Below are positions 63,461-64,000 of a stretch of DNA of 64,000 nucleotides, one piece after another. The notes beneath the pieces were generated by a model. The model made no database searches and was not told where the DNA came from. It saw only the letters and a list, made by a program, of their open reading frames with translations. A program made the position numbers and the translations under genes. The DNA comes from Synechococcus sp. (lineage in GTDB: Bacteria > Cyanobacteriota > Cyanobacteriia > PCC-6307 > Cyanobiaceae). Each line of letters begins with the position of its first letter. Positions within the stretch are counted from its first letter, which is position 1. The stretch is taken from NCBI GenBank assembly GCA_047285535.1, contig JBJBDC010000001.1, positions 2,880,136-2,944,135 of the forward strand, written 5' to 3'.

Positions 63461-64000
63461 ATGGCTGCAGTTGATTGGTGGTGGATCCTGCATCCTTTTC
63501 TTGCTGTGGTGTTGGTGTATCCACTGATTGGTGTGGTGGTTCGTTTGGCCATTCAGACGCGTGCACGTCGCCTTCAAAAGGAGAAGCTTCCTGCAACGGT
63601 GGGTCGTGACCACAGCGATTTGGGTCGTTGGCTGGCTGCTGCGGTGGTTGTGCTTGTGTTGATCGCTCTTTCTGTCGTGATCGTCACGAAAGCTCCTCTG
63701 GCTCAGTTTGAAGGGGGTGTGGCTCGAGCTCTGCAGCTATTCCTTGTGTTGTGCGGGACGATTGCAAGTCTTTTTGCGCTTTGGCGTTGCAAATTGCCAG
63801 GATTGAGGCTGGCGTTCGCTTTAATTACCTGGGCTGGAGTCTTGGGGCTTGGAGCTCAGCCAGAGGTTTGGCGGCTTTCGGATAATCCATTGACACCGGC
63901 GTTTTGGCAGTCCCATTACTGGGCAGGTGTGGGCGTTACCGGATTAATGTTGTTTTCTCTTGGAGCTCGTCCTGAGATCTTGCGTGACATTCGCATGCGT
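63461..64000 (+). CDS. DUF4079-like membrane protein (partial, runs off the window)
   Basis: MAAVDWWWILHPFLAVVLVYPLIG...HSDLGRW...FWQSHYWAG; homologous to 22652-23248. Confidence 0.8.
   Translation, partial: MAAVDWWWILHPFLAVVLVYPLIGVVVRLAIQTRARRLQKEKLPATVGRDHSDLGRWLAAAVVVLVLIALSVVIVTKAPLAQFEGGVARALQLFLVLCGTIASLFALWRCKLPGLRLAFALITWAGVLGLGAQPEVWRLSDNPLTPAFWQSHYWAGVGVTGLMLFSLGARPEILRDIRMR

Overview
This 64 kb window is bacterial chromosome from a marine picocyanobacterium, most consistent with marine Synechococcus (rRNA/ITS layout, psaE, pipX-pipY-sepF-proC, gene order). It opens with a complete rRNA operon (16S, tRNA-Ile, tRNA-Ala, 23S, 5S). Mostly core genes follow: mutM, psaE, recQ, glpK/glpD with two GH13 enzymes, tRNA-Thr/Tyr, aroQ, miaE, cobI, dusB, der, recO, deoC, hpf, lipB, pdhC, queA, cysK, rpsD and murE. 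Four accessory patches interrupt this backbone. (1) At about 20.4-21.9 kb, an ORF-poor stretch holds a decayed flavin amine oxidase with a possible Tat signal. (2) A GC-richer KimA-like K+ transporter sits between pdhC and queA. (3) At about 49.3-54.8 kb, an AT-rich island (orphan PhnD-like lipoprotein, hybrid histidine kinase with HPt, single-domain receiver) is bracketed by an intact and a broken copy of the same small gene. (4) At about 58.3-62.0 kb, an AT-rich module places a GLIC/ELIC-like pentameric ligand-gated ion channel head-to-head with an orphan LivK-type binding protein, followed by a Ca2+/H+ exchanger. Patch 4 is the best candidate for an undescribed system. I saw no CRISPR array, integrase or transposase. 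All calls come from reading motifs by eye; no database searches were run.
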